A stretch of DNA of 64,000 nucleotides from a virus, in the IMG/VR virus record IMGVR_UViG_3300030107_007542, positions 129,779-193,778 of that record. One strand, given 5' to 3'. Positions 1 through 8,906 of this stretch are shown here, one piece after another. The stretch's first letter is position 1. Each line of letters starts with the position of its first letter. A program made the translations under genes and the position numbers. The notes under the pieces were generated by a model. It had not been told where the DNA came from. It saw only the letters and a list, made by a program, of their open reading frames with translations, and ran no database searches.

Positions 1-1121
1 TATTCACGGCCTAGTCGGCCGAGTTCATCACGCTCTTCTTGGGACTTCAAAAACATTTCCTTCATAGCGCCCACTACATCTGCTTCTGACAGCCGATCTT
101 CATAAATATATGGTACGGTTTGCGAACCAATCACCGCCTTAGATGTTGGCTCGATACCTATCCCGAAGGTGGTAGTGCCATCTGTAATCTGATCCTGCAT
201 TCCTCCTGTGAGGTTTACAATGATGGGCGTCTCGCATGCTAAAGATTCCAGTGTCGCGAGGCCGAAACCCTCCGCGTCAGAAATATTAATGGTGCAGTCG
301 ACCGCGTTGTATAGTAACGCTAGATTTGCAGCATCCATCTTTTCTCGGGAAAACAATACTTCGCCGTTTTTCAGCCCAAGCTCCGCGATGATGGCTTCCA
401 GGTCTTGACCATTGGGGTCTTTAGGTTCCGTATGCATGATAAGGACCGCCTTGTCATGACCCACTTCGTCCAAGAATTTCTTAAACCAGAAGATCAAGGT
501 TCCCGACTGTTTACGGCGAGCGTTGCGGTTGTTCCAGAAAAAATAAAACTTATCAGGATCGAAGCGACCCTTCGTAAAATCATTGAGAAGTGGTGAATCT
601 ACCTTCTTAAAAATATCCATATCTACTGCATGAGGAAGATAGGTAGAATCGACATCCGGGGCAACATTCTGAACTATGTCGTATGTAAGCTTAGAGATGC
701 ACGCGATGTGATCATTAGAATCATAATATGGCTTATTGAAATGCGGATAAGGGTAGTTGTCCCACACATGATAATAAACCATAGGGACCTGGGCACGGAT
801 TTCATTCTCGATACCCCACAACCATTCATAAAAGCGTGGATCGGTCATAAACCAGAGGATATCGGGCTTTTGCTGGCCAATCATAGCACGGACTTGGTCA
901 GGATTGCCATATCCATCAACCGGCCAAATAATCCAGTCTTCATCCCACTTCTCTGTCTTTTGTGGGTTATGGTCTGGATGAGAGATTGCACCCCCAAACG
1001 ACACAAACTGGTACTTTCCTGTTTTAAGCATGCCTTCAATCATATACTTAGTTTGAGTGCCTACCCCCGAAGGCGAAAGAGGATGGTCACTGATCGTAAA
1101 GATCTTAATTTTATCTGACAT
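1..1121 (-). CDS. GT-B glycosyltransferase (family 4-like), 3' end outside the window
   Basis: Manual translation, not in the ORF track: MSDKIKIFTISDHPLSPSGVGTQ...SDAEGFGLATLESLACETPII, containing the E-x7-E motif; the frame stays open to position 1. Confidence 0.85.
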   Translation of the reverse strand, partial: MSDKIKIFTISDHPLSPSGVGTQTKYMIEGMLKTGKYQFVSFGGAISHPDHNPQKTEKWDEDWIIWPVDGYGNPDQVRAMIGQQKPDILWFMTDPRFYEWLWGIENEIRAQVPMVYYHVWDNYPYPHFNKPYYDSNDHIACISKLTYDIVQNVAPDVDSTYLPHAVDMDIFKKVDSPLLNDFTKGRFDPDKFYFFWNNRNARRKQSGTLIFWFKKFLDEVGHDKAVLIMHTEPKDPNGQDLEAIIAELGLKNGEVLFSREKMDAANLALLYNAVDCTINISDAEGFGLATLESLACETPIIVNLTGGMQDQITDGTTTFGIGIEPTSKAVIGSQTVPYIYEDRLSEADVVGAMKEMFLKSQEERDELGRLGRE

Positions 1122-1130
1122 ATGGATTCC

Positions 1131-1910
1131 TTATTTACAATGTTCGGTTTTGTAAAGTTTGCAACGATACGGTTTTTCACACGACAGCCGATTTTTAATC
1201 GAGAATCGTTTAGAAATATTATAAATTGCTTGGTATAGAAGTTTAAGAGCGTTCTCAGTTTTTTTCTCACCGCTCGTTACTTTAAATAGCTCCACGCGGT
1301 TTTTAGATGCCGTTCTTTTTAAGAGAGCAAAATGCGTTTCAACTTTTTGAGGGTCGATTTTGTGCTTTAAACAAAAGAAATGTTTATACAAAGTGAGTTG
1401 ATATGTAACTATTTTTTGACTCTTGCGTCGTGAGTCCCACCCCCATGAACATGTCTTCCAATCAAACAGATGGTACGTGTCTCCTACTTTGACAACAGCA
1501 TCAACAAAGCCCTTGAAGTGAATGTTAAAATTTTCAATAGGTACATAAAGCTTTTCCTCCGAGGAAAAAACTTCATAATCTCCAAAATAATCTTCCAAAG
1601 CACCATCGATTTCAGATAAGATTGCCGGTGCACAAGATTTCATCTGTTCTACATTCTTGGGGTTGACTTCGATGTTTTTTTCCATTAACTCTTGGAGTTG
1701 CTTGTCGAAGCCTATCTGGAACATCTCCTTCTCGTTGATATTCTCTTTTAAAAGTTTTTTCTCACAAACTTCATGCATAGCAGTACCGAAGGCGGTATGC
1801 TCATTCCCCTCAAACGGTGAAATTCTCTCGATCCAGGCTTTCTTATGATAATGGGGGCATGTGGCCCAGTCTTTTAGTTCGGAATAGGATATATGTTCAC
1901 GCGTCGTCAT
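1131..1910 (-). CDS. PD-(D/E)XK exonuclease (RecB/Cas4-like superfamily)
   Basis: ISYSEL...CP, AFGTAMHE, FKGFVD...DWKT, QLTLY and C-terminal Cys motifs. Confidence 0.85.
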   Translation of the reverse strand: MTTREHISYSELKDWATCPHYHKKAWIERISPFEGNEHTAFGTAMHEVCEKKLLKENINEKEMFQIGFDKQLQELMEKNIEVNPKNVEQMKSCAPAILSEIDGALEDYFGDYEVFSSEEKLYVPIENFNIHFKGFVDAVVKVGDTYHLFDWKTCSWGWDSRRKSQKIVTYQLTLYKHFFCLKHKIDPQKVETHFALLKRTASKNRVELFKVTSGEKKTENALKLLYQAIYNISKRFSIKNRLSCEKPYRCKLYKTEHCK

Positions 1911-2514
1911 TAAGTATATTATCAATCTTTTGGTAGAGTACGGGGCTTATCGCTTTTACAAGACCAGGGCCGTCGAGGAAAAACTTTTCAAATCCATTAG
2001 CAAAGTACTCCTGAATAGAAGTAGCCCCATATGGAGATGCAAAAAGCCCCATGGTCAAATTAAGCAACATAGGATATCCTACCACATCTGACAGGAATTC
2101 GTCAAACTTTTTATTATATTCAGTAAAATCATAGAGAAGAGGATTTATCGTAAACCCTTCTGCTTCTAAGATATCTTTTAGTCGACGGCGCTTTCCTAAG
2201 AATTCTTGTAGGAGTCTATCATCATAGATCTCCCACGCGCGATCGACCTCTAAGGAGTGAGCCACCTCATGTATAAAGTTCTCCAAGATATCAAAATTAG
2301 TGGGTTCGGACCCTGTAATATAGATGGCGCCGTTAGTAAAGGCCGCATTGCGCCCCGAGAGTTCAGCAAACGCGCCAATATAGACAACCTCGACATTTCG
2401 CAGTAGCCCGGGCGCTAAGACCCCTTCTACCTCCCGACAAAAGACAGGTATATCCACTGAAGGCAACGTTTCCGATAGTACAAAAACCGGAATATTATAA
2501 ATGTAATATTCCAT
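1897..2514 (-). CDS. Putative zincin metallopeptidase-like protein
   Basis: HEVAH (HExxH) plus a downstream QEYFANGFE. Confidence 0.55.
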   Translation of the reverse strand: MEYYIYNIPVFVLSETLPSVDIPVFCREVEGVLAPGLLRNVEVVYIGAFAELSGRNAAFTNGAIYITGSEPTNFDILENFIHEVAHSLEVDRAWEIYDDRLLQEFLGKRRRLKDILEAEGFTINPLLYDFTEYNKKFDEFLSDVVGYPMLLNLTMGLFASPYGATSIQEYFANGFEKFFLDGPGLVKAISPVLYQKIDNILNDDA

Positions 2515-2762
2515 TATTCGTCTGTATTAAATTCTTCTACATCATCTAATGCTTGTGTATATCCCCGAAGGTAATTTTCCTCAGCTACTGGCAGAAGGAA
2601 TTCTGGAAAATCCGTGCTAAACACATCTACTACCATTTCCACAGTCACCTCATCATTCTCGGGCTGCAGCTTAGTTCCTACGTATTCGACAATCAATTCT
2701 TTGAGCGGATTGTTTTTTGAAACGGGGATTATCAGATTGGGGTTTTTATCTACTTTTTTCAT
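2514..2762 (-). CDS. Hypothetical protein
   Basis: ORF track, in-operon spacing; start moved to MKKVDK. Confidence 0.6.
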   Translation of the reverse strand: MKKVDKNPNLIIPVSKNNPLKELIVEYVGTKLQPENDEVTVEMVVDVFSTDFPEFLLPVAEENYLRGYTQALDDVEEFNTDE

Positions 2763-2769
2763 TTTTCTC

Positions 2770-4086
2770 TCACAAATTACTAGCGGCAAAGGTCGCGACC
2801 TTCGAGCGTTCGCCCTTATGAAGAGTCACATGTGCAGCAAGTTCAAAATCCTTAAATTTTTCTACTGCATGAGTTAAGCCGTTCGAAGTAGCATCAATAT
2901 ACACATTATCAATCTGCTCTACGTCTCCGGTTAACACAATCTTGGTACCTTCACCTACTCTAGTTATTATAGTCTTTAGTTCGTGGGTTGTCAAGTTTTG
3001 TGCTTCATCAATAATGATAAAAGCATTCGAAATTGATCGACCACGAATGTAAGTCAATGCTTCTATCTCTATTGTACCCTTTTGCATATAAATGTCAAGA
3101 GTTACTTTATCATTTCCCATTAAAAACTGTAGATTATCCTGAATTGGCATCAACCAGGGTGACATTTTCTCTTCCATGGTCCCGGGAAGAAAACCAATAT
3201 CCTTTCCAAGCGGCTGTACGGGCCGTGAAACGATTACGCGTGAATATATTTGGTTGCGCTCGTCTATCGTCTGTTCAAGCCCTGCAGCGATGGCACAGAT
3301 CGTCTTACCGCTACCTGCCTTGCCGATTGCACTTACTACTTCTATAGAAGGATCCATAAGAGCGTCGAGGAGGAATTGCTGTTCTTTGTTTCGAGGAGTA
3401 ATTCCCCATATTTTAGATTTACCCGGGAGAAGCTGTTTAAGAGGAGTGGCCTTGTTCGTGAATCGACCTAAAGCCGTTTTCTTTTCATTAGCATTAGAAA
3501 CCATCATGACGTATTGATTGGGACAAAGAGGGTGCTCATCTATATAAACATTTTTCTTCTCATAAAATTGGTCAATCTTCTGGTCATCGACCAACACTGA
3601 AGTATATCCTTCAAATATGCTTTCACTGCTATCAACAACCTGATTGTTCTGAAAGTCTTCGGAAGTCACTCCCACCGCGTCAGCAATGACTCGCATATTA
3701 ATGTCACGCGAAACTAAAATTACTTTACGGTTTTCTTGTTTGTGAAATTTTAAGGCCGTGGCAATAATGAGATGATCTGGAACTCGTACGTCCAGATCTG
3801 AGGGGAGGTCTTCGGTTATACCATGAGAACTCACCGACTTTATGATGCCATGGCCTTTTCTTAGCCGCACACCTGTATCGATGGATCCCTTGGAACGAAG
3901 CTCATCCCAAATACGAATGATTTTGCGAGCTTGTGCTCCAACAGCATCTTGGCGTTTTTTGTGTTTATCAATTTCCTCAAATACTTTTAGAGGAACATAG
4001 ATATCATTATTTTTGAAAGCATAGATGCATTCTGCATTTGTCAGGTAGACACTGGTGTCTAACACATAAATTTTTTTTCGACTCAT
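2770..4086 (-). CDS. phoH: PIN-domain PhoH-family ATPase (PhoH2/YlaK-like)
   Basis: N-terminal PIN (VLDTSV, VPDHLII, SRDINMR); Walker A GKAGSGKT; GFLPG, RGRS, IIDEAQN, GDVEQID. Confidence 0.92.
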   Translation of the reverse strand: MSRKKIYVLDTSVYLTNAECIYAFKNNDIYVPLKVFEEIDKHKKRQDAVGAQARKIIRIWDELRSKGSIDTGVRLRKGHGIIKSVSSHGITEDLPSDLDVRVPDHLIIATALKFHKQENRKVILVSRDINMRVIADAVGVTSEDFQNNQVVDSSESIFEGYTSVLVDDQKIDQFYEKKNVYIDEHPLCPNQYVMMVSNANEKKTALGRFTNKATPLKQLLPGKSKIWGITPRNKEQQFLLDALMDPSIEVVSAIGKAGSGKTICAIAAGLEQTIDERNQIYSRVIVSRPVQPLGKDIGFLPGTMEEKMSPWLMPIQDNLQFLMGNDKVTLDIYMQKGTIEIEALTYIRGRSISNAFIIIDEAQNLTTHELKTIITRVGEGTKIVLTGDVEQIDNVYIDATSNGLTHAVEKFKDFELAAHVTLHKGERSKVATFAASNL

Positions 4087-4117
4087 ATGGACCCTATACA
4101 GTAAATAGGGCTTTCTC

Positions 4118-4639
4118 CTAATAGTCCCCCTTCTTAGCCACATCTCCGGCGGCTAAGATCTCTACTCGGGACGGTTTTACTTCGATTCCATCGATTTCCT
4201 CTGGTGTTTTGTTGACCATGCCAGAGTCGTTTACTAAGGTGGAGGAGCTTTGAATTTTGCCTCCTCCAACATTCCACAACATTTCAATCCCTTCTATGTC
4301 ACATACGTTCATTTCTGGGGTGTTATCGGTCTTACGATCGCCACCATTGGCGAAATAGTCTGGCTTAATACGGCGTAGTGCCTCGCAGACGCTATTATCT
4401 GAATCTTCTACATGCGTGGTTTTTGTCACGCAACCAAAGCCTTCAAGAATCTCACAACGCTCCTTAAAAGGCATAAATATATATCCTTTTTTTCTCATGA
4501 GCCACTCATCTGAATTAACGATTACAATAAGATTTCCATGCTTGGCAGCTTCTTCCATCATCCGTAAATGACCAATGTGAACGGGATCGAATCCTCCCGA
4601 GACACAAACTGTAGTATAAGGGGTGCTAGGTGTCGGCAT
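4118..4639 (-). CDS. Cytidylyl/adenylyltransferase family protein (RfaE domain II-like)
   Basis: SGGFDPVHIGH, NSDEWL.RKKG, NGGDR; GGAGG RBS before MPTPST. Confidence 0.85.
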   Translation of the reverse strand: MPTPSTPYTTVCVSGGFDPVHIGHLRMMEEAAKHGNLIVIVNSDEWLMRKKGYIFMPFKERCEILEGFGCVTKTTHVEDSDNSVCEALRRIKPDYFANGGDRKTDNTPEMNVCDIEGIEMLWNVGGGKIQSSSTLVNDSGMVNKTPEEIDGIEVKPSRVEILAAGDVAKKGDY

Positions 4640-4910
4640 TGGAGCCTCCTGGGGCAAATGAAGCGGATTCTTCTTCGGTAGTCAAGAAGTGCCTTTCTAG
4701 AGCAGCCATTGCTTCCTCTGCTTCTGCTAGTTCTTTCGTAGCCGTCACTATCTCGGAAACCAAGTCAGCATGGTCTCCAATAGCTATTGGCTTATGTAAG
4801 TAGATGTCAAGAGTGGCTAAAGCTCTTTGCCTTCGAGAGTCAAATTCTGCAAGCGTGGCTCGAAGGAGCTGGGATGCTATCCGACTTTGGGTATTATGAT
4901 TATTCGACAT
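4626..4910 (-). CDS. Hypothetical helical protein
   Basis: ORF start moved to MSNNHN, downstream of tRNA-Asn. Confidence 0.6.
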   Translation of the reverse strand: MSNNHNTQSRIASQLLRATLAEFDSRRQRALATLDIYLHKPIAIGDHADLVSEIVTATKELAEAEEAMAALERHFLTTEEESASFAPGGSNADT

Positions 4911-4924
4911 GGGGTTCCTTTCTG

Positions 4925-4999
4925 TGGCTGCGGCGGCGGGGCTCGAACCTGCAACCGTTCGGTTAACAGCCGAATGCTCTACCATTGAGCTACACCGCA
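4925..4999 (-). tRNA. trnN: tRNA-Asn(GUU)
   Basis: TGCGGTG/CGCCGCA acceptor stem, TTCGG-CT GTT AA-CCGAA anticodon arm, GGTTCGAG T-loop, encoded CCA. Confidence 0.95.
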
Positions 5000-5263
5000 T
5001 TAATCTTCTCTTTGCAAGTATACTACATTTCCTTCTTGTTTAAAAGCTTTTATTTCATCTACTATATCTTCCATGTCCTCAACTTCCCATGGCATTGGTA
5101 TGAGGCCATGATGCGACATTCCCACTTCAAGATAATTTAAACGCTTCCATATATGTAAGTTAATTTCTTCCTGATTGTTGCGGATTTTTGTAACTCCCCA
5201 TAGAATAGCAAAGTTAAACATAAATCCTAAAGTCGCTATAAAAAAAACAAATTCTACAGTCAT
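5000..5263 (-). CDS. Hypothetical membrane protein
   Basis: Hydrophobic N-terminal helix; lies between the two tRNAs. Confidence 0.6.
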   Translation of the reverse strand: MTVEFVFFIATLGFMFNFAILWGVTKIRNNQEEINLHIWKRLNYLEVGMSHHGLIPMPWEVEDMEDIVDEIKAFKQEGNVVYLQRED

Positions 5264-5270
5264 AATAATT

Positions 5271-5346
5271 TGGTGCCGGCACACGGGTTCGAACCGCGGA
5301 CCTGCTGTTTACAAGACAGCTGCTCTACCAACTGAGCTATGCCGGC
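5271..5346 (-). tRNA. trnT: tRNA-Thr(UGU)
   Basis: GCCGGCA/TGCCGGC acceptor stem, GCTGT-CT TGT AA-ACAGC, GGTTCGAA, encoded CCA. Confidence 0.95.
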
Positions 5347-5549
5347 TGCTTGATCCATACTATACTTAATGGCAAGTAATTCTCTGGAGATGTAATCTTA
5401 ACAGCTCTGTACCCTTCGAATCCAATCCATGGCATTCCTACAACTTCGAGAGCCAGTGTTGTTTCGTATTTATCCTCAAAGTTCGGATAGTAAAAATTAT
5501 AATGGCCCTTTTGTGAGCCATAACAAGTGGTTCCCTTTGGAATTATCAT
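5337..5549 (-). CDS. Hypothetical protein
   Basis: ORF track; its stop codon lies inside the 5' end of tRNA-Thr. Confidence 0.55.
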   Translation of the reverse strand: MIIPKGTTCYGSQKGHYNFYYPNFEDKYETTLALEVVGMPWIGFEGYRAVKITSPENYLPLSIVWIKQPA

Positions 5550-5563
5550 AACATTTTCTTTCT

Positions 5564-5773
5564 TTAGTCGCCTATATCTACACTATAGGAATAGGTTACG
5601 ATTACGTAATAACCCTCAAACGTGCCCGGAGCGATCTTTCGAATTATATGAGCTTTTTCTTTACTGTCTGTGTGTATGTAAAGGGTGGGGCCCAGGGTGC
5701 CATTTCTAAAGTCATAATTCCACTCAGGATCTAACTCTATGGCTGCTTTTAAAATGATCTCATCTTTTAACAA
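5564..5773 (-). CDS. Hypothetical protein
   Basis: ORF track, co-directional packing. Confidence 0.55.
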   Translation of the reverse strand: MLKDEIILKAAIELDPEWNYDFRNGTLGPTLYIHTDSKEKAHIIRKIAPGTFEGYYVIVTYSYSVDIGD

Positions 5774-5776
5774 GTC

Positions 5777-5971
5777 TTACTCTTTTCGTTTGCGACGAAC
5801 TTTCTTGTGCAACTTTTCAAAAAGCAGCTTTTTCCAGAGAGTTCCTTCTATTTCCTCTTTCGGCATGTCAAGCGAATAAAGACCAGCTAGAAGTAGTCTA
5901 ATTTCCCTATTTGACAAATAGATAGTTTTAAGAAAAGCCGGTAGCTTTTTTTCATGGTGATTGTTAGACAT
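5777..5971 (-). CDS. Hypothetical protein
   Basis: ORF track, co-directional packing. Confidence 0.55.
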   Translation of the reverse strand: MSNNHHEKKLPAFLKTIYLSNREIRLLLAGLYSLDMPKEEIEGTLWKKLLFEKLHKKVRRKRKE

Positions 5972-6032
5972 ACAATATTTGGCTCCGTACTAATTAGCCG
6001 GCCTCATGTGTTTCCTCTTTATTCATTTTAAC

Positions 6033-6061
6033 AGTATAAAGGAAAACTTTTCACCTGTCAA
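6033..6061 (-). promoter_or_regulatory. sigma70-type promoter
   Basis: TTGACA-17 nt-TATACT. Confidence 0.7.
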
Positions 6062-6062
6062 T

Positions 6063-6086
6063 AAAAAACCCCCTCCGAAGAGGGGG
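6063..6086 (-). terminator. Intrinsic terminator
   Basis: CCCCCTC-TTCG-GAGGGGG hairpin followed by T6, downstream of the 6113-6619 gene. Confidence 0.85.
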
Positions 6087-6112
6087 CAAAATATAGAATA
6101 TTTTATTTTAAA

Positions 6113-6619
6113 CTAAGCCAGTCGATAGACAACATAAGCCTCTGAGCCAGAAGTTACGTTTGTAAACCGCATGCGGAACAGGCCAGAGCCTGATCCACGA
6201 ATACCAGCGACCAATTGACTGTCAACAACCATAAGACCAACGGCGCTGCCGCCGGTGCCCACTGCGACTGTGATTTTTTCATCAGCTGCACTGGTAGCAT
6301 CATTAATAACCACAAAGTCAATGCAATCGTTCACTGCAACGTTGTTCACTCCAGCAACCGCAAGAGCGGCCGTTGGAAGAGTCCAAGTGGCGTTCCCCTC
6401 AGGATCATCATGAAGAATTCCTGTCACAATCTCAGCAATAGTAATTGTCTGAGCTGAAGCGCCTGGTGTGGCGGGGGCCGGATACTTTACAACCAGCCCT
6501 GGGGCGGTGGTAGCGTTCCCACGGGCAAATATTGTTCCGGATGTGGTAGCCTTACGAACTACCAGATCCATTGCAGGGCCCATCTGCTTTCTTAGTAAAT
6601 TTACTGCTCTTTTACTCAT
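6113..6619 (-). CDS. Putative virion structural protein (Ala/Thr/Gly/Val-rich, beta-rich)
   Basis: Strong RBS (GGAGGG), own terminator, composition and TWTLPTAA / SGSGLFRMRFTNV motifs typical of phage structural proteins; function inferred. Confidence 0.55.
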   Translation of the reverse strand: MSKRAVNLLRKQMGPAMDLVVRKATTSGTIFARGNATTAPGLVVKYPAPATPGASAQTITIAEIVTGILHDDPEGNATWTLPTAALAVAGVNNVAVNDCIDFVVINDATSAADEKITVAVGTGGSAVGLMVVDSQLVAGIRGSGSGLFRMRFTNVTSGSEAYVVYRLA

Positions 6620-6738
6620 TTTATTCCCTCCTATAGGTTTTGTTTTGTAATAATTATTATCTATAAAATCCCCGGAGGTCCGGTTCTTATACGTTATATT
6701 TAGTGAGGGAAGCTGTCTTTAGACTAAATTTTATCTTC

Positions 6739-6999
6739 CTAATGAATAAGCCTTGCGATGACCAAATAATGAGGCCCTCGCTTAACAACTTTGGTTTCCA
6801 TTAAAACGTTACATACGGTGTCTGTGCATTGTTCTCTGTGATCCAACCATTGCTTAAGATATTCGGTAGCTGGTTTCTTTGTTTTAAAGACAAAAGGCGC
6901 CATCCAATCCCAACCAGGAACTGTCTTTTGAATTTTCTCCATCTCCTCCAAGTCCTCAATAACTGTGGATAGGCGAGGATTTTCCGTAATATTAAACAT
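6739..6999 (-). CDS. Hypothetical protein
   Basis: ORF track. Confidence 0.55.
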   Translation of the reverse strand: MFNITENPRLSTVIEDLEEMEKIQKTVPGWDWMAPFVFKTKKPATEYLKQWLDHREQCTDTVCNVLMETKVVKRGPHYLVIARLIH

Positions 7000-7241
7000 T
7001 ACCTCTTTTTCCTTTTGTTTTTCTTAGGAGACTCTGGTGATGTTTTAGCCGGATCCAGGCGAGTTTTGACAGCAAAAAACTGGCTATTGCGAGGGCCCAT
7101 TACATGTACCTTAACTTGCATTGTATCAGTTTCAGTCAATAATCCATTTCGGTGAAGATCAGCCTCCGCATACGTCTTGCAACGACGTACGATTTTCCAA
7201 CGAGGACCTTCAGTGTGTTTCGTTTCTTCTGTTTGAGTCAT
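6999..7241 (-). CDS. Hypothetical basic protein
   Basis: Start moved to MTQTEE; GGAG RBS. Confidence 0.55.
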   Translation of the reverse strand: MTQTEETKHTEGPRWKIVRRCKTYAEADLHRNGLLTETDTMQVKVHVMGPRNSQFFAVKTRLDPAKTSPESPKKNKRKKR

Positions 7242-7468
7242 GCTGACTCCTTCCATAGTATAGTGGCGTCTTCTGGCCAATAAATTTGTTCACCAGTGCC
7301 TACTACCAATATTTTATATACTGTAATTGATTTGTCAAGAACTAATCCAATAAATCTTTTGGGCTTATGAGCTATGTGATCAAAACGCCGAGCTTCATCG
7401 ACACATATCACTAGATCTCCTACCGTCGCTGCCTTAGACCTTCCGTATCCCAACCGCCCATCATCCAC
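7238..7468 (-). CDS. SH3/KOW-like 'VGDLV' microprotein (start uncertain)
   Basis: VGDLVICV...IGLVLD...IYW. Confidence 0.5.
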   Translation of the reverse strand: MDDGRLGYGRSKAATVGDLVICVDEARRFDHIAHKPKRFIGLVLDKSITVYKILVVGTGEQIYWPEDATILWKESA

Positions 7469-8001
7469 TTTTCATTCATGAGGTGATTAATTTTATTATA
7501 ATGAAGAAACCCTAAAGCATGCCCTAACTCGTGCTCCAAAACAGTTTCTCTTACGTCGGGCCTTAAATAGATGACTGCGTATTCCACCTGATTTGTCGCG
7601 TTATCAATAAAGAAATGTGTCTGTGCTAAGGCTGTTTCTTCCATTTTTATGCCCAAGGTTACCATGTGAATTATAATATAACCTTTGGGGTTCTCGCTTA
7701 AGCATTTATTCATTGGATCGTGCTTATACTGAGTATTGTAGAAACGATAACCTAGGTCTTTCCAGAATCTTACGGCCTTATCTACTTCGGTCTTTTTTAC
7801 TGGTGCATGTTCACAAACAATCACTGTAGGGGTCAGTCCCCAGCGCGCGGCCTGCGGTGGCTTATCATTAACAAGAGGTATTCTGTCGTAGTTGCTAATG
7901 TAAGGTCCTGCGGTAACTGGCTTCGATGATAAAACAACAATCAAACTGAAGCAAACAACATAGATTAAGGCTGCGCAGCCTATCCGTATAGTATCACTCA
8001 T
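7420..8001 (-). CDS. Matrixin/M10-like metalloprotease with signal or anchor
   Basis: HELGHALGFLH (HExxHxxGxxH) followed by a Met-turn (HLMN); hydrophobic N-terminus. Confidence 0.85.
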   Translation of the reverse strand: MSDTIRIGCAALIYVVCFSLIVVLSSKPVTAGPYISNYDRIPLVNDKPPQAARWGLTPTVIVCEHAPVKKTEVDKAVRFWKDLGYRFYNTQYKHDPMNKCLSENPKGYIIIHMVTLGIKMEETALAQTHFFIDNATNQVEYAVIYLRPDVRETVLEHELGHALGFLHYNKINHLMNEKWMMGGWDTEGLRQRR

Positions 8002-8008
8002 ATAATAT

Positions 8009-8527
8009 TTAGTTGAAAAAACCAGTTTTGTAATAAATGGTGCCCAAAACTCGCACAGATTCTCCTTCTGGGGGTGGTAAATAAAGAGTTAGTGCTTTAT
8101 GTACCTCGTCTGGCGGGCGCCAAATTATTTGAAGGACCGATGCGGCGGAATTCCAGTTTGTATCAAACTCATTACCCAGTTGGTTTTCATAGTGCTCATG
8201 ACAAGCATATTTATTATTGGTGAGAATAGCGATGAGATTATCGTGAAGATCATAACCTGAATTAAGAACGATATCTCTTCCGCAAATTGTAAAATAATTC
8301 TCCTCATCGTCATCGCGAAGCATCGCAAAGGCTACTTGTCCTGAAATAAGATCAGTCTCTAGATTATCTGCGCAGTTAAAAATAAAGGTGTCGGGCCCGG
8401 TATTGCGACTCCACCAACAATCCATCGATGTGTAATAATCACCATATTCCTCGACTCTTAAGTCTTCTTCGATCAAGTTAGCACATGAAGACAAGAACAA
8501 AAATAGTAGAAATATTAGTTTATACAC
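8009..8527 (-). CDS. Putative lipoprotein
   Basis: Lipobox-like FLSSC after a hydrophobic stretch. Confidence 0.6.
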   Translation of the reverse strand: MYKLIFLLFLFLSSCANLIEEDLRVEEYGDYYTSMDCWWSRNTGPDTFIFNCADNLETDLISGQVAFAMLRDDDEENYFTICGRDIVLNSGYDLHDNLIAILTNNKYACHEHYENQLGNEFDTNWNSAASVLQIIWRPPDEVHKALTLYLPPPEGESVRVLGTIYYKTGFFN

Positions 8528-8586
8528 CTTATATTAATTATATTATAATAATATTAATTGTAGTATACAAGCAAAAAGTATATTTT

Positions 8587-8898
8587 TCATTCGCAACAGT
8601 TTATATCGTCATGAGTGTCAGGTTTGTTGGTCACCTTAAGCCACAAGCCCCACAGAATCGGAATCGCTAGCCAATGAAAACATAGAACTAAAGATGCTGG
8701 AATTCCAGCGAAAAACGCTGGATGTACATAGTTGCCTAAGATCCCAAATATAATTGGGAAAACAACATCCTCAACAATCTCCCACCCAACAAAGATGATG
8801 ACAAATGCTAGTCCATTTTTCTTAAGAAAGGCCTTCAGCTTTTCAATAGAAAAGTTGCTTAGTTTATGAGAGATTCTGGATTTTAGCCAACTAATCAT
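8587..8898 (-). CDS. Hypothetical membrane protein
   Basis: Two to three hydrophobic segments. Confidence 0.6.
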   Translation of the reverse strand: MISWLKSRISHKLSNFSIEKLKAFLKKNGLAFVIIFVGWEIVEDVVFPIIFGILGNYVHPAFFAGIPASLVLCFHWLAIPILWGLWLKVTNKPDTHDDINCCE

Positions 8899-8906
8899 AA
8901 GTTTTT

